Positions 1 through 13,439 of a stretch of DNA of 64,000 nucleotides are shown here, in pieces. Numbering within the stretch: the stretch's first letter is position 1; every line of letters begins with the position of its first letter. The notes below the pieces were generated by a model, which saw nothing but the letters and a program-made list of their open reading frames with translations, searched no databases and was not told the DNA's origin. The position numbers and the translations under genes were made by a program. The DNA lies in the NCBI RefSeq assembly GCF_006345805.1, contig NC_042997.1, forward strand, positions 211,234,001-211,298,000. The letters are read 5' to 3'. This DNA comes from Octopus sinensis. Lineage: Eukaryota.

Positions 1-396
1 CATTTTAGCCACAATCATACCCTCTGGTTATGGAAGTGGTGAGTGTAGGACCAGTCAGCTGGTATCTACCGACAACATGGTGCTGTTTTGCTCATCAGAA
101 GGTGACTGGCAGCATGCACGGAATCGGTCACAAGGCAGCAGATGACAGTTTTAGTGTTGCCAAGACTGAGACATTGGTCCCTGCAAGAAAGTCTTCCCAG
201 TGCACTCTGCAGCTCAGTGGAACATCACTGAGACAAGAATCTTATTGATTATAAATATAAAATAGATTCTAGTATGAGTGGATGAAAATGATGGTAGGGA
301 ACCTTTAAAAGAGTTCCTACAACCCATTGAGGACCATTGTAGCAGAATTTTATATCATTTAGGAAAAAGTTAATCTTGAAAGGTAATACAAATTTC

Positions 397-1130
397 ATCA
401 TCATCATCATCATCGTTTTTTAATGTCTGCCTTCCATGCTGGCATGGGTTGGACGGTTTGACTGAGGTCTGGAGAGACAGTGGCTGCACCAGGTTCCAAT
501 CTGGTCTGGCAAAGTTTCTACAGCTGGATGCCCTTCCCAACGCCAACCACTCTGAGAGTGTAGTGAGTGCTTTTTACGTGCCCCTGGCACGGGGAGCCAG
601 TCAAGGGAACACTGGCATTGGTCATGATCGGTTGATGCTTTTTACATGTCACCGGCACCGATTTCTTCAACTAAAAAACCTTTTAAGGCAGTACTCCAGC
701 AGGGCCACAGTCAAATGACTGAAACAAGTAAAAGAATACATACATATATAAATACACACACACACATATATCTATCTCTCTCTCTCTCTGACTGGGTAAC
801 CATGGACCTCCTCTACAACATCTGTTTCTGCCTCTCTGTCACACTCTAAACTTCCATCATCTGCTTCTAAGATCCCCTCCTCCAATGCCCCCTCCCCTTT
901 CAAAGGATCCTTGTCTTGCAAAGTTGCTCAGTGACCCTGCCAGTGTATGTTCCACTTAGAATGCACCAGTCCACACTGTAATGTGGCTGGCATTTGGAAG
1001 GGCATCCAGTTGTAAAAACCTTGCCAAAACACACTCAGAAGCAGGGCACAGACTCCTCCCTTGCCAGCTCCTGTGAAACCGTCCAACCCGTGCCAACATG
1101 GAAGGAGGACATTAAATGATGATGATTATG

Positions 1131-1171
<41 letters not shown>

Positions 1172-2050
1172 ATCGTTACCAGCGTCGCCTTACTGGCACT
1201 TGTGCCCGTGCTAGTAGGGTGCTGAGAGCACCATCCGATCGTGATCGTTGCCAGAGCAGCCAACTGGCTTCCGTGCCGGTGGCACATAAAAGGGCTCCAT
1301 TCAAGCGTGATCATTACCAGCGTCGCCTTACTAGCACCTGTGCCGGTGGCACGTGTAAAAAGATTCGAGCGAGGTCATTGCCAGTACCGCCTGACTGGCC
1401 CCTGTGCCAGTGACACGTAAAAGCACCCACTACACTCTCAGAGTGGTTGGCATTAGGAAGGGCATCCAGCTGTAGAAACTCTGCCAGATTAAGACTGGAG
1501 CCTGGTGCAGCCACCTGGTTCTCCAGCCCTCAGTGAAAATCTTCCAACCCATGCTAGCATGGAAAGCGGATGTTAATCGATGATAGGAAAGAGAGTTTGA
1601 AAATGCAGAGATCTTTTAAAGATGCTTTGTATAAGCTTTACATTTTACTTTTACTAATCTGTTTTTTTAAAAAAGTGAAACTGGTCACGTTAGCAAACAT
1701 CTTTAAAAGATCTCTGCATTTTCAAACTCTCTTTCCTATATATTTTCACTCATCCGGTACCTTGCAAGTTTACTTTGTCATATATATATATCATCATCAT
1801 CATCATCGTTTAACGTCCGCTTTCCGCGCTAGCATGGGTTGGACGGTTCGACCGGGTCTGGGAAGCCAGGGGCCGCTCCAGGCTCCAGTCTGAATCTGGC
1901 AGAGTTTCTACGGCTGGATGCCCTTCCTAACGCCAACCACTCCGTGAGTGGATTGGGTGGTTTTTACGTGCCACCTGCACAGGGGCCGGAGGGTCCGGCA
2001 TCGTCACGATCGGTTCGAGCATTTTAACGTGTCAGCGGCACGGGGGCAAC
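397..2050. mobile_element. Cluster of four RTE 3'-tail elements in alternating orientation
   Basis: Copies at ~397-660(-), ~880-1128(+), ~1170-1582(+) and ~1790-2050(-) share ggatgcccttcctaacgccaacc and (GAT)n/(CAT)n ends. Further copies at ~8890-9225, ~51200-51341, ~56217-56500, ~58050-58310 and ~63470-63610. Confidence 0.85.
1583..1739. repeat. Short inverted repeat / MITE-like hairpin
   Basis: ataggaaagagagtttgaaaatgcagagatcttttaaagatg is mirrored by catctttaaaagatctctgcattttcaaactctctttcctat; arms of ~42 bp. Confidence 0.8.
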
Positions 2051-2120
2051 GAGGTCCGGGGTACTTTGGGGATCAGGGTACTTTGGGGATCCAGGGTACT
2101 TTGGGGATCCGGGGTACTTA
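2051..2120. repeat. Short tandem repeat (~18 bp x 4)
   Basis: ccggggtactttggggat-like unit repeated four times. Confidence 0.8.
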
Positions 2121-2368
2121 GAATGGGTATATATATATATATATATATATATGAAAGAAAGCTAAGAAGATGGAGATATAGCATTTAATAAAAACTTATT
2201 GTCTGCAAAAATCCAACATATTCTCTTACACCTATTTCATTTAAGCCTATAGATTAAAAGAGAAATTATCAAAATTATTAAATCATTATATTATGCTAAT
2301 TTAACCTCTAATTGAAAATATATATATATATCCATATCCAAATAAGCAACAAGGATATCCAAAGGTAG

Positions 2369-2456
2369 TGTAGTACAATCGTTTCATGCTACTTCATTTT
2401 ATTAAACACCGTAAGTATTACATCAGTTTTAAAATGTCGAGCAATCTTCAGCCACA
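2369..2456 (-). ncRNA. Minimal type I hammerhead-like motif with long loop II in a PLE-like terminal repeat fragment
   Basis: Minus strand: tgtgg CTGAAGA ttgct [~49 nt] agcat GAAA cgattg TA ctaca. Stems I and II pair; stem III is minimal and near-palindromic. Lies between (TA)n tracts. Confidence 0.6.
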
Positions 2457-2783
2457 TATAGAATTTTCCAATTAAACGGACAATGCGCATTCTTATCCCC
2501 AAATTTTGCTGAACTGATATATATTCAAACGATGAATAGCCTTTGCGTAAACCATTGGTTCGTTTTGTTCTCTTACTTTATTATCATCTTATAATCATCT
2601 CATTATAATGACCTTTATGACTCGTATTACTACCGCAGTCAATCTAAATGTATATATTTGTCACTACCTGTCATAAATAGCCTTTTTCTATTTGCAATAT
2701 GCATTTTCGTTGATTTTTGATTTTTCATATTTTACCCTTACATTTCCACGTGTATTTTATATTTTCTTTTCGTAACATATTTC

Positions 2784-2853
<70 letters not shown>

Positions 2854-3929
2854 GTATGTATATATGTATATTTTACATGTGTGTGTGTGTGTATTTTTCT
2901 TATGTCTAGATTTTTGTTGACTGAATTAACTGATGACCAAGTGTGTACTCTGAATTACTGTTTCAAGTGAATCCTTTGCATTGGCAAGCAAACAACGGCT
3001 CCATTCATCTGTGAAAATATGAGTGATTCAGGAATCTCTTACAAGAAGAGGAATCTGGTCAACAACAAAATATCTTAATTACTAATTAGAAGCTATTTAC
3101 TCTCCTGTATCCTCGGTCAAACCACCAAATCAAGCATCTTCCCTATTGATAAAATGTCTCTTAGCGAAATACAAATTTTTAGGGTGAATGATAACATGTT
3201 CAGAAGACGACAGTTTCAAGTTGAATCTGGTTTTCTGTAATGTTAATCCATTCCTGGATTTGTCTACACTTTTAACTCGTGTTGAGAGAGTAGATACACT
3301 GTACCTAGTTGTAAGAGGAGACGAAAACTGTTGAAGTCAGGAATAGCATCTGGTCACAAAACATTGCCTCAGGAAGTCCCTTCTAACTCATGCCAACATA
3401 GAAAGCTAGAGGTAAAAACAATGCTGGTGGCAATGTTTGGTTTCCTGATCACTTGTCAATCAGGTCAAACATCTTGGTTTATTATTGCTTTGATTGGATT
3501 GGTTTGGTGCAGAACAGCAGGGGTGGGGCTACCCCTAACTCTCACCAGCCTTCATGGTTATGCTGAAGGTTGTAAGGAAAACGTGCACAAGATAGGAATT
3601 CCAGAGAGTTGGTAGAATGAGAGCAAACACCTGAGTTAATTGGTTGGTGCAGGGCCCAGTGGATGAGAAGAGAGCATAATTAGGGAGAAGAGAAATGAAT
3701 GAGTGAGAGGTTCCTGTAGGGGACACAGCAGAGGCAGCCTATCTGTGCGTCCCAGAGATGAGTGGCAACTGACTGACTTTATATCAATCGGTCAGGTGGT
3801 TTTACTTTTGGATACTGTCTAGAACAGGTACGTGTGTGTGCAGACGTGCAGTGAAGCGTCATAGATGCTGTAAACATGTCGGTCTAAAAACCAAACCAAT
3901 TCTAATGTATTTGGAATTAGCAGCTTCAT

Positions 3930-4715
3930 CTTCAAAGGCAAGAGAGAGGAGATAATTACTGGGATAACAAACTGTTGGATCAGGATGCAGAACAGTTTGT
4001 AACTGAAAAGATTCAGATGAAAATTAATCTGGATTAAATGGAGTTTGACTCTGTACCTGGGTGTCGTACAACTGATGCTATTTTCTTAGCAACTACAGGA
4101 AAAATACTTAGTCAGGAATAAATCACTATAGCTGACATTTGTAAAGCTGGGGAAGACCTTTGAAAGAGTTCCCAGCTCATGCTTTGGTAGTCACTGAGAA
4201 GACTAGGACATGATGAATGGCTGGCTGGGGAGAACCAGACAAGTTATATTCCAAGAGACTGATAGAAAAGCAGAAGTTGGCAATGAGTTCAGCTAAGAAT
4301 TTAGCTTTCAAGTAGGAATTCATCAGGGATCTGTCCTCTGGTCTGTCCAGTTCGTTGTAGTCCTCCATAGAGATCCCTATTTGCTGATGACCTAGCTCTT
4401 ACAGTTAAATCAGTGGTGATTCGAGAGAGAAAAACTCCCAAATTTGGGAGCAACTCTTAGAATTGAGAGGGGGTGGGATAGGGTCTTGCTGCCATCTGGG
4501 AAATGGCCATGTTCAGTAAGCAGAAAAGGTGTAGTGGAATTGCAGGCAGCCTAAAAGAAGAAGTAGACTTCATGGATGACAGGGGAATAGAATCAATAAA
4601 CACTGGGGCCACACAGGAAACAGATTCCATCAAATAGCCAGAAGGTTCCCTAGAAACAGATGATAACTTCTGCTACTTGGAGGGTTTCATTTGCAATGGG
4701 GGTGAATGTGCTGAA
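3930..4715 (+). mobile_element. Old RTE LINE RT fragment
   Basis: Degenerate match to the 45776 element (aaactgttggatcagg, actgatgctattttc, tttgctgatgacctagctct). Confidence 0.75.
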
Positions 4716-4846
4716 GACACTTGCCCCAAGGGGCTCTACAAGGGAATTGAATTTGGAAGAATATGATTGCCAAGTGAATTTGTTAAGCAGACAGTGTCCA
4801 GTGGACGTCCTTGAAATTTTGTTTTCAAGTATTTCTTCTGTTTCAG

Positions 4847-4914
4847 GGAAACATATCAGAAGTGAAATATTTGAGACCAAGACTGATGAATCAGAAATAT
4901 ATTAGCAAATTCAG
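4847..4914 (+). CDS. ZER1: Protein zer-1 homolog (ZYG11/ZER1 family), internal coding exon
   Basis: ttctgtttcAG|GGA...TTCAG|GTaaag. Encodes GNISEVKYLRPRLMNQKYISKF(S), resembling vertebrate ZER1 GNVAEVKELRPQLMTSQFISVFS (recalled). Ends in phase 2, matching the next exon. Absent from the ORF track. Confidence 0.9.
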
Positions 4915-5831
4915 GTAAAGCCTCTTTGGAACTAAAATCTCTTTTTGTGTTTCTATTTCTCTTGACTTTAAAATTGAATACGTTTCACAGAGACATCCTC
5001 TGTAAAGTGGTGGTGGTGGTGGTGGTTGTGGGTGGGTGGGGGGCAGGTAGCAGGAGCCTCGAGACCATTGAAACCACATTCAAACTCAGATGTCTCAAGA
5101 AGACATGGTTTACTGACCGTTTTTGGGGAGGCTGTAACTCCAATAGGAACTGAGATCATTCAGCCGTAGACCCTTAATATGACAAAGACAGCAGCTACAG
5201 AGCACAGCAGCAGCTGATGTCAAGGTTGGGGTTGAGGGAGATTAGTATTTTATCTTATTGATAAAAAAAATTAAGTTAAACCCTGGTGAGATTTGAACTT
5301 GGAATGTAAAAAGGGGCTCAAATACTGCAAGATGTTTTGCCCTTTGCTTTATTGACTTGTCCTGCCCCTCCCCCACCCCCACCAAATCCAATCTAAAAAT
5401 TATACACAGAAACATTTTCACCTGACGAAAGTTCTTGCAGTGCTTCAAAACAGCATTGTCCCCGAAGCCTGCTTCCCTTGAATAGCTGTTCACCACGGCC
5501 ATGACCACCACCACTACCACACGGTCAGTTTTACTTGGAGTAATGTAGAAAATCCCTACATGTATAGACTGGTTGCTTTACAATTAAGAAGGGTCTATTA
5601 ACTTGTCAGGTTTTAAGTTCTCACCCTTTTGTTGCCATATTTCTGCAGAAATACAGAGTTGCATTCATTTAAAAGACTTTTGACAATAAAGAAGAATTTA
5701 ATGAAATGACTTGATGTTGTCTGGAACACGAATCACGATAAACCATTTTGAGAAAGTTCCAATTGAGATCACTTTACAACAGTCTCATGGAAGCAGAACC
5801 AGCCTCAATTGAGTTATCAAAATGGTTTTAA

Positions 5832-6382
5832 CACATTGGCTCCCGAACCACAGTTTACATTTTATCCCCGGGTCCCAATATGATATCGTAATTAATGAGT
5901 GGCGTAATATTTTTACACTATACCATATGTGAGTCAAGAATCGCATAGGTAGTGTTGGATACCCACATCCCATCGGAGGGTTATGAGGTACCTTAGTTCA
6001 AATCACATCCTAGGTACCACACAACCTACCTGTGGTCAATTAAAAATTTGGGATATTTTCTATTGGAAGATCTTGAAATCTTTTCTAAAAGAACTCTTTT
6101 TGCTTCAATGGCAAATAAAATTTTCTCAATTCTCAATCTTTTATTTTACCTCATTCCATGGTGAAATGAGAAGAAAAACGTAAAAAAAATTAATATTGAA
6201 AATCTATAAAGAATTGTTCTCTTAGTGTAGCAAAAGCACAAATCAAAGTAATTGGAGCATTCCAGCTCTCAGAAAACTCATAGGAAGGAAATAAAAAAAA
6301 AAAAGCGACCTGCTGGTGGGTCGGACGGGACTCACTACCATACCACCACAAGCCACCAGTAGGACATGTGGGAGCCAACGTG
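5832..6382. mobile_element. piggyBac-type non-autonomous element (MITE)
   Basis: TTAA|CACATTGGCTCCC ... GGGAGCCAACGTG|TTAA. 13-bp TIRs with one mismatch and a TTAA target duplication. Confidence 0.75.
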
Positions 6383-6540
6383 TTAATGTCCTATGGTGAC
6401 ACTAACTCCTTAGGTGTACACTTCACTTGATATTGAAAGTAATCAAGAAATTAAAAGGATTTATTAAAATAGCTTTATTAACCTGATACTCTGGCCCAGG
6501 AGGGTAGGAAAAACTCTGTGTTAATTATACTCTAGAAATG

Positions 6541-6946
6541 TACTCTTACTCTTTTACTTGTTTCAGTCATTTGACTGCGACCATGCTGGAGCACCGCCTT
6601 TAGTCGAGCAAATCGACCCCGGGACTTATTCTTTGTAAGCCCAGTACATATTCTATCGGTCTCTTTTGCCGAACCGCTAAGTGACTGGGACGTAAACACA
6701 CCAGCATCGGTTGTCAAGCAATGCTAGGGGGACAAACACAGACACACAAACACACACACACACATATATATATACATATATACAACAGGCTTCTTTCAGT
6801 TTCCGTCTACCAAATCCACTCACAAGGCATTGGTCAGCCCGGGGCTATAGCAGAAGACACTTGCCCAAGGTGCCACGCAGTGGGACTGAACCCAGAACCA
6901 TGTGGTTGGTTAGCAAGCTACTTACTACACAGCCACTCCTGCGCCT
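6541..6946 (-). mobile_element. tRNA-derived SINE, full length
   Basis: Minus strand starts GGCGCAGGAGTGGCTGTGTAGTAAG (A box) ... GGTTCAGTCCC (B box). Internal (TG)n and a (AAGAGT)n-like tail. Confidence 0.88.
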
Positions 6947-7006
6947 GTGTCACTTTTTTTTCTTAAATTTTCATTTTTTTTTTTTTTCTCTTTGTGTTTC
7001 GAACAG

Positions 7007-7195
7007 TGAATTACTGAATTCTACAAGTGATGGAATTGAAGTCAGCTACAATGCAGCTGGAGTTTTGTCTCACATAGCTTGTGACGGTGCTGAAGCTTGG
7101 ATTATTGATAGCCCAAGACGAACAGACGTCCTCAAAACGATGGTCGGTGTCATAGAAAGTTGGGATATATCAGCCAAACGTAATATCAATTACCG
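7007..7195 (+). CDS. ZER1: Protein zer-1 homolog, internal coding exon
   Basis: Polypyrimidine tract plus gaacAG|T...TACCG|GTgagt. Encodes ELLNSTSDGIEVSYNAAGVLSHIACDGAEAW...IESWDISAKRNINY(R), with the DGIEVSYNAxGVLSHI and RNINYR motifs of ZER1. Confidence 0.95.
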
Positions 7196-7224
7196 GTGAG
7201 TAATTAAGGTTTTCAAAACAATCT

Positions 7225-7600
7225 TTTCTCTTTTACTTGTTTCAGTCATTAGACTGTGACCATGCTGGAGTAGCACCTCAAAGAATTTTAGTCAAACCCC
7301 TCCCCACACTTAATCTTTTTAAGACATGCTACTTATTCTATCAGTCTCTTTTGTGTAAGTGCTAAGTTATGGGGATGTAAACATACCAACACCAGTTGAG
7401 AGGCAGTGGTGGGGGATAGACACAAAGACATAAGCACACACATGGGCTTCTTTTCAGTTTCCGTCTACCAGATCCACTCACAAAGCTTTGGTCAGCTCGT
7501 GGCTATAGTAGAAGACACTTTCCCAAAGTGCCATGCAGTGGGACTGAACCCAGAACCATCTGGTTGCAGAGCAAGCTTCTTACCACACAGCCATGCTTGT
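7225..7600 (-). mobile_element. tRNA-derived SINE, older copy of the 6541-6946 family
   Basis: Colinear similarity with 6541-6946. Confidence 0.85.
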
Positions 7601-7722
7601 ACCTGTTGTTCCATAATTTCTCGTTAGTCCCTTATTAAGTCATGTATGTTCCTTCATCATCATCACCATCAGTATCTTGTAATGGTATATTGCTTTATTA
7701 AGAATATAGTTTTATTGTATAA

Positions 7723-8062
7723 CTAGCAGTATCGCCCGGCGTTGCTCGGGTTTGTAAGGGAAATAACTATATAAGCATTTTTAGAGATGTAAAGTATAAT
7801 AGCCATCTCAATATGGCTAACCACAAAGGGGGAGGGGTGTTACTGTAGCTTTTTACGTTCTGAGATTTAATAATAAATTTTTAGAGAGTTACTTCCCTTG
7901 TATAATAGCAAAAAAATGCATTAAAAATGAGAGAAAATGATGGTATACGAATCACGACTATAAGATACCCGCTTTTGGTTACACTGCACCGCAAAATGTG
8001 GGAGTAGTTAGGAATCTAAATCGTAGGAGACAGACACACAACCTGACTTTTATATATAAAGA
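7723..8062 (-). mobile_element. Complete non-autonomous Helitron (340 bp)
   Basis: Minus strand begins A|TCTTTATATATAAAAG and ends with hairpin cccgagcaacgccggg + cgatactg + CTAG|T. Inserted between A and T with no TSD. Confidence 0.85.
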
Positions 8063-8579
8063 TTTCTTTCTATTAATAAATGTCAGGTATTGAATTCATC
8101 ATCATTTAACATTCGTGATCCACGGATGGTTTGATAGAATCTGCTGGGTCCAAGGCATGCATTGTGTTCCAGTGGCTAGATGGTCTTCCTGATGCAACTG
8201 TAAACCCCAAGAGAAGCAGCTTTATGCCAGGAGATGAGCCAAACAGGTTTCCATGAGGGCCATTGGTTTATGCCTTATCCTCCACATAGCTATTTCTTCA
8301 ACCTCTGCTCCTTCTACCCAAATCCTCTTCTTACACTCAGACTCCTCCATCTCCCTGCTGCTTCTCACCCAAAGACCCTTAAACTAAACTCAAAGTTTAT
8401 CTCGTACAAGACATTGTTCTGGAAGTTTCTCCTCTCCTGTTTTCCTTCCAACACTCACCTACCACACTTTCAATTCAATACTAACAACTCTACAGTCTGA
8501 AAACCCCTTAAAGCCCCCTACTTACTGCCTGGACTCATCCGCTGAAGGCACTCATTCAATCATCTTCTTCTTGTTGCAG

Positions 8580-8677
8580 GTCTTTTGAGCCTATCTTACG
8601 TCTTGTACAAGCATACGATACCCCCGAGGCACAGCACTGGGCTGTTTGGGCTTTGTGCAATTTAACGCGTGTTTATC
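8580..8677 (+). CDS. ZER1: Protein zer-1 homolog, penultimate coding exon
   Basis: ttgttgcAG|G...TATC|GTaagt. Encodes SFEPILRLVQAYDTPEAQHWAVWALCNLTRVY(P), matching ZER1 SFEPILRL...QHWAxWALxNL. Phases are compatible on both sides. Confidence 0.95.
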
Positions 8678-10009
8678 GTAAGTAGATCATCCTCTTCTGC
8701 TTTCAAATGCTTTGCTTTATGTTGATCTTTTAAAAGAACCATGTTTTTTAAAAAAATTCATTGTCTTCATTATTGCTTAACATTTGCCAAACAGTTTGCA
8801 GAGAAATGTAGGAACGTTTTGTAGTGAAGTTGCTATGACAACAGTTTGAAGCCCAAAGTTTAGGCAGTGTTTTCTTGATTCTTAGGATCATTATCCTCAT
8901 CGTTTTTAACATCCATTTTCTATGCTGGCATGGGTTGGACGGTTTGACTGAAAACTGATAAGCCAGGAGGCTGCATCAGGTTCCAATCCAATTTAGCAAG
9001 GTTTCTACGGCTGGATGCCCTTCCTAACACCAACAACTCAGAGAGTGTAGCATTAGGGTTAGGCTTTTTACATGCGACCAGCACGGGTGCCATAGACCTG
9101 ACACTGACATCGGCCACGACTACGGTCTCATTTGGCTTGACAGGTGTATCGCCAAAGGTCTTGGTTACCTGCCACTGCATCCACGAGGCCCAACGCTTGA
9201 ATGGTGCTTTTTATGTGCCACTTACACAAATCAGAAACAATACTCTTGTTTTGTGCCATGATTGTTGGGATTTATGATTGAAAAGGAACAAGCTAAATAG
9301 TAAAGAGTAAATATGACTAAGGGAGAATATTTGTTTTCTTCCTTCTGCTGATCTTGAAACAAACACCAGTCATGTCGTCAGACCATTCTCTCTCCTGAAA
9401 TCTAGGTAGGATGATGCCAACCTTATTGAAGCTCTGCCCTTGTGATGTGTTTATAGTCGTTGCAAATGCTAGGATAACAGCAAACTGTCATCTGCTCATT
9501 CTAAGGAGAAGGGTTGTCTCACGGGGGACAGAAGTTGATGCACGGAATAATGGCTTCCTCTCCTTTCTTACTTCCCCTAAGTATTTTTCCATGAATGGAA
9601 AAATCCTTGATGGAAAGCACTAAGATCCAGGCCCCATTGAGTAAAGCTCTCATTGGGTTCAACTCAAATTATCAGTGAACTGATAACAAACACTGTGCAC
9701 TGGAAATGTAGACACACAAATTGGAACCGAAATATTAGAGCAAACGATCTTCGTAAAATGTAAACAAAGCATTTTACCTGTGAAATGATTCTTCTGAGTG
9801 TCCTCCAACCGTGTCTTATAGGGAAGCCTCTGCAGGCAAATATAATCTAGTAGGATGTGCTGGACATGATGTTTTCAGCAGTTTCTGACTTCGCTTTTCA
9901 ATGATGATCTTGTTAATATTTATTTCGAGAAGAACCTTTCCCAAGGTCTTCTGTTGGAATCAAGAATACATATTTGATTGTGAACTTTGTTATATTTCTT
10001 TCATTACAA

Positions 10010-10023
10010 TATGCATGCATGCA

Positions 10024-10074
<51 letters not shown>

Positions 10075-10117
10075 CATATATATACATATATATACATATA
10101 TATCTATATATATACAT

Positions 10118-10151
<34 letters not shown>

Positions 10152-10168
10152 CATATATATTATTATAC

Positions 10169-10199
<31 letters not shown>

Positions 10200-10227
10200 C
10201 ATATATATACATATATATTATATATAC

Positions 10228-10291
<64 letters not shown>

Positions 10292-10324
10292 ATACATATA
10301 TATATACATATATATATACATATA

Positions 10325-10420
<96 letters not shown>

Positions 10421-10464
10421 TATATATATATATAATATATATATATATACATACTACACATAAT

Positions 10465-10504
<40 letters not shown>

Positions 10505-11009
10505 CATACATATATACATACATACACATACACACACACACATACACACACATACATACACACATATATATATATATATATATACATACACAAACATATA
10601 CACCACATATATATACATACCACATACACACATACATACGTATACATACATACATACATCCATACATCCATACTTACATGCATTTATACGCATACACACA
10701 CCCATCTATATATATATATATATACACACTCACACATACATATACAAATATACGCACACACATACATACATACACGTATACACATACACGCACATACACA
10801 TATACATGCGTACCCATACACGTGCACACACGCACACGCATCCAATATATACACACACACACATATATATATACACGTGTGCAAGCATACATACATACTC
10901 ATACGCGCACACATACTTACATATACATATATGCACACACTTACACACATATATATATACATACACATATACATGCATACATACATATATGCCTACATAC
11001 ACACACGCA

Positions 11010-11058
<49 letters not shown>

Positions 11059-11397
11059 CATATATAATAATATATATATACATACATACACATACATACA
11101 CATATACATATACATACACATACACATACATACATATATATACACATATATACACATATACACATACATATATACACATATACATACATATACATACCCA
11201 CACACATACATATATACATATACACTGATACACATATCCATACATATATATATAAATATATATACACACACACACACACACTCATGCATATACTTATATC
11301 TCTACATACTCACATATATAAACATATATACATATACACACATATATACATATACATGTACATACACATACGCATACATATATATATATATATATAC

Positions 11398-11430
<33 letters not shown>

Positions 11431-11765
11431 CACACACACACACACATACATATACATATATACATGTATACATACGCAATAATGGTACACATATATACAC
11501 ATACACACACGCAGACAGATGCATATACATACATATATATATAAATTACATATCTATATAAATACATACATAATACACATATACACACACATATTATATA
11601 TATATATATATACATGCATATACATATACAAGTATACATACACATACATACACACACACGCGCACACATACATATACACACACACATATATACAAATACA
11701 TACATACACACATACACACACACACATATATACATACATGTACACATATACATATATATATATAT
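10010..11765. repeat. Compound (TA)n/(CA)n/(TACA)n microsatellite field
   Basis: Directly visible. It produces the spurious IY/HT/VC ORFs. Confidence 0.97.
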
Positions 11766-12113
11766 ATCAACAAGGGAGGGTAAAGTTAATTAGTTATTAA
11801 TCAATTTCATCAAGTGTTCAGTATGTAAAGGGACCATTATTAATTTGAGTAAACAAAGTTAGAGGGAAAAAATTCTCTAAGTAGTGGAAGAGGCTAAAAA
11901 ACTTTATTGGCTGCTATTTCTAGAAAGTTTAGTATGTGGCAAAGTAATTTATTTTATTTTACTAAGCCCTAATTATATAATATTTTATACATACATACAC
12001 ATACATAAACACATACATTTACACATACATATGCATATACATATATACACATATACATACAAACAAACACATATACACATATACACACACACACACATAC
12101 AAGCACATACATA

Positions 12114-12163
<50 letters not shown>

Positions 12164-12302
12164 AATATATATACATATATATATTTTTACATGCATACAT
12201 ACACACACACACACATAATACATGCGTATATTCCTACTGTACCCATGCATTTCTATACATATATACATACATATGATACACATATACAAGCGTGCACATA
12301 TA

Positions 12303-12769
12303 ATATGTGAAAGGTCTTAGGAGAAAAGGTAATCGGGGGTGCTAGGGAACAGTGGGGTTGGGGGGGGTGTGGTGTTGGGGGGGGGGTTGTCATCAATCAG
12401 GTTGCCGGGTAGGTCTATAGTTCTTGTAGTTCGCATACTTCTTATGCATGCAATTTGGGGAGTGTTCTGAAAATTTGTTAAGGAGAGGGCCTTTGGCGAA
12501 CAAGATCTCTAGGCTCTCTGATATGCATAGGTCACAGCAGGTATGTCCTCCTGTGTACGAGCGCGCCTTCTGTAGTAGTTTCCACTTGGTCTTGAAGGGG
12601 ATTGAGTTCCTTTTAAGGTACCAGATGTGGGCGGCGAGGGTAGTTTGGTTGGATTTATCCTGTCGCCGGAACGAGTGTGTATGTGCGTACCAGCGGGTCT
12701 TAAAGCTGTTTGACGTCATTCCAATGTAGGATTTACTTTTATCGTCAAGGCCTGATCTTACCTCGCATT
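12303..12769 (-). mobile_element. Penelope-like element GIY-YIG fragment (inverted copy)
   Basis: ORF 12393-12719(-) is identical in translation to 12844-13170(+). It is the mirror image about position 12781.5. Confidence 0.85.
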
Positions 12770-13255
12770 GCCTACAGAAGGACCTAGTATATAAATGCGA
12801 GGTAAGATCAGGCCTTGACGATAAAAGTAAATCCTACATTGGAATGACGTCAAACAGCTTTAAGACCCGCTGGTACGCACATACACACTCGTTCCGGCGA
12901 CAGGATAAATCCAACCAAACTACCCTCGCCGCCCACATCTGGTACCTTAAAAGGAACTCAATCCCCTTCAAGACCAAGTGGAAACTACTACAGAAGGCGC
13001 GCTCGTACACAGGAGGACATACCTGCTGTGACCTATGCATATCAGAGAGCCTAGAGATCTTGTTCGCCAAAGGCCCTCTCCTTAACAAATTTTCAGAACA
13101 CTCCCCAAATTGCATGCATAAGAAGTATGCGAACTACAAGAACTATAGACCTACCCGGCAACCTGATTGATGACAACCCCCCCCCCCAACCCCCCCCCCC
13201 CACCCCACTGTTCCACTAGCACCCCCGATTACCTTTTCTCCTAAGACCTTTCACA
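12770..13255 (+). mobile_element. Penelope-like element, 5'-truncated GIY-YIG endonuclease C-terminus (sense copy)
   Basis: In frame CLQKDLVYKCEV...KSYIGMTSNSFKTRWYAHTHSF...CDLCISESLEI...LLNK...CMH, stop at 13170. The (L)VY...YIG...R...H...E...N pattern with Cys/His motifs is typical of PLE endonucleases. Confidence 0.85.
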
Positions 13256-13400
13256 TATTATATGTGCACGCTTGTATATGTGTATCGTATGTATGTATAT
13301 ATGTATAGAAATGCATGGGTACAGTAGGAATATACGCATGTATTATGTGTGTGTGTGTGTATGTATGCATGTAAAAATATATATATGTATATATATTTGC

Positions 13401-13439
<39 letters not shown>

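Noticed and set aside
6711-7006. 5' part of the 162-aa ORF as ZER1 coding sequence
   Set aside because: It is antisense SINE and intron. ZER1 similarity begins only after the acceptor at 7006.
12335-12390. G-quadruplex regulatory element
   Set aside because: The G runs are the 3' flank of the PLE ORF (mirrored as C runs at 13176-13226). Homopolymer lengths differ between arms, and there is no evidence of function.
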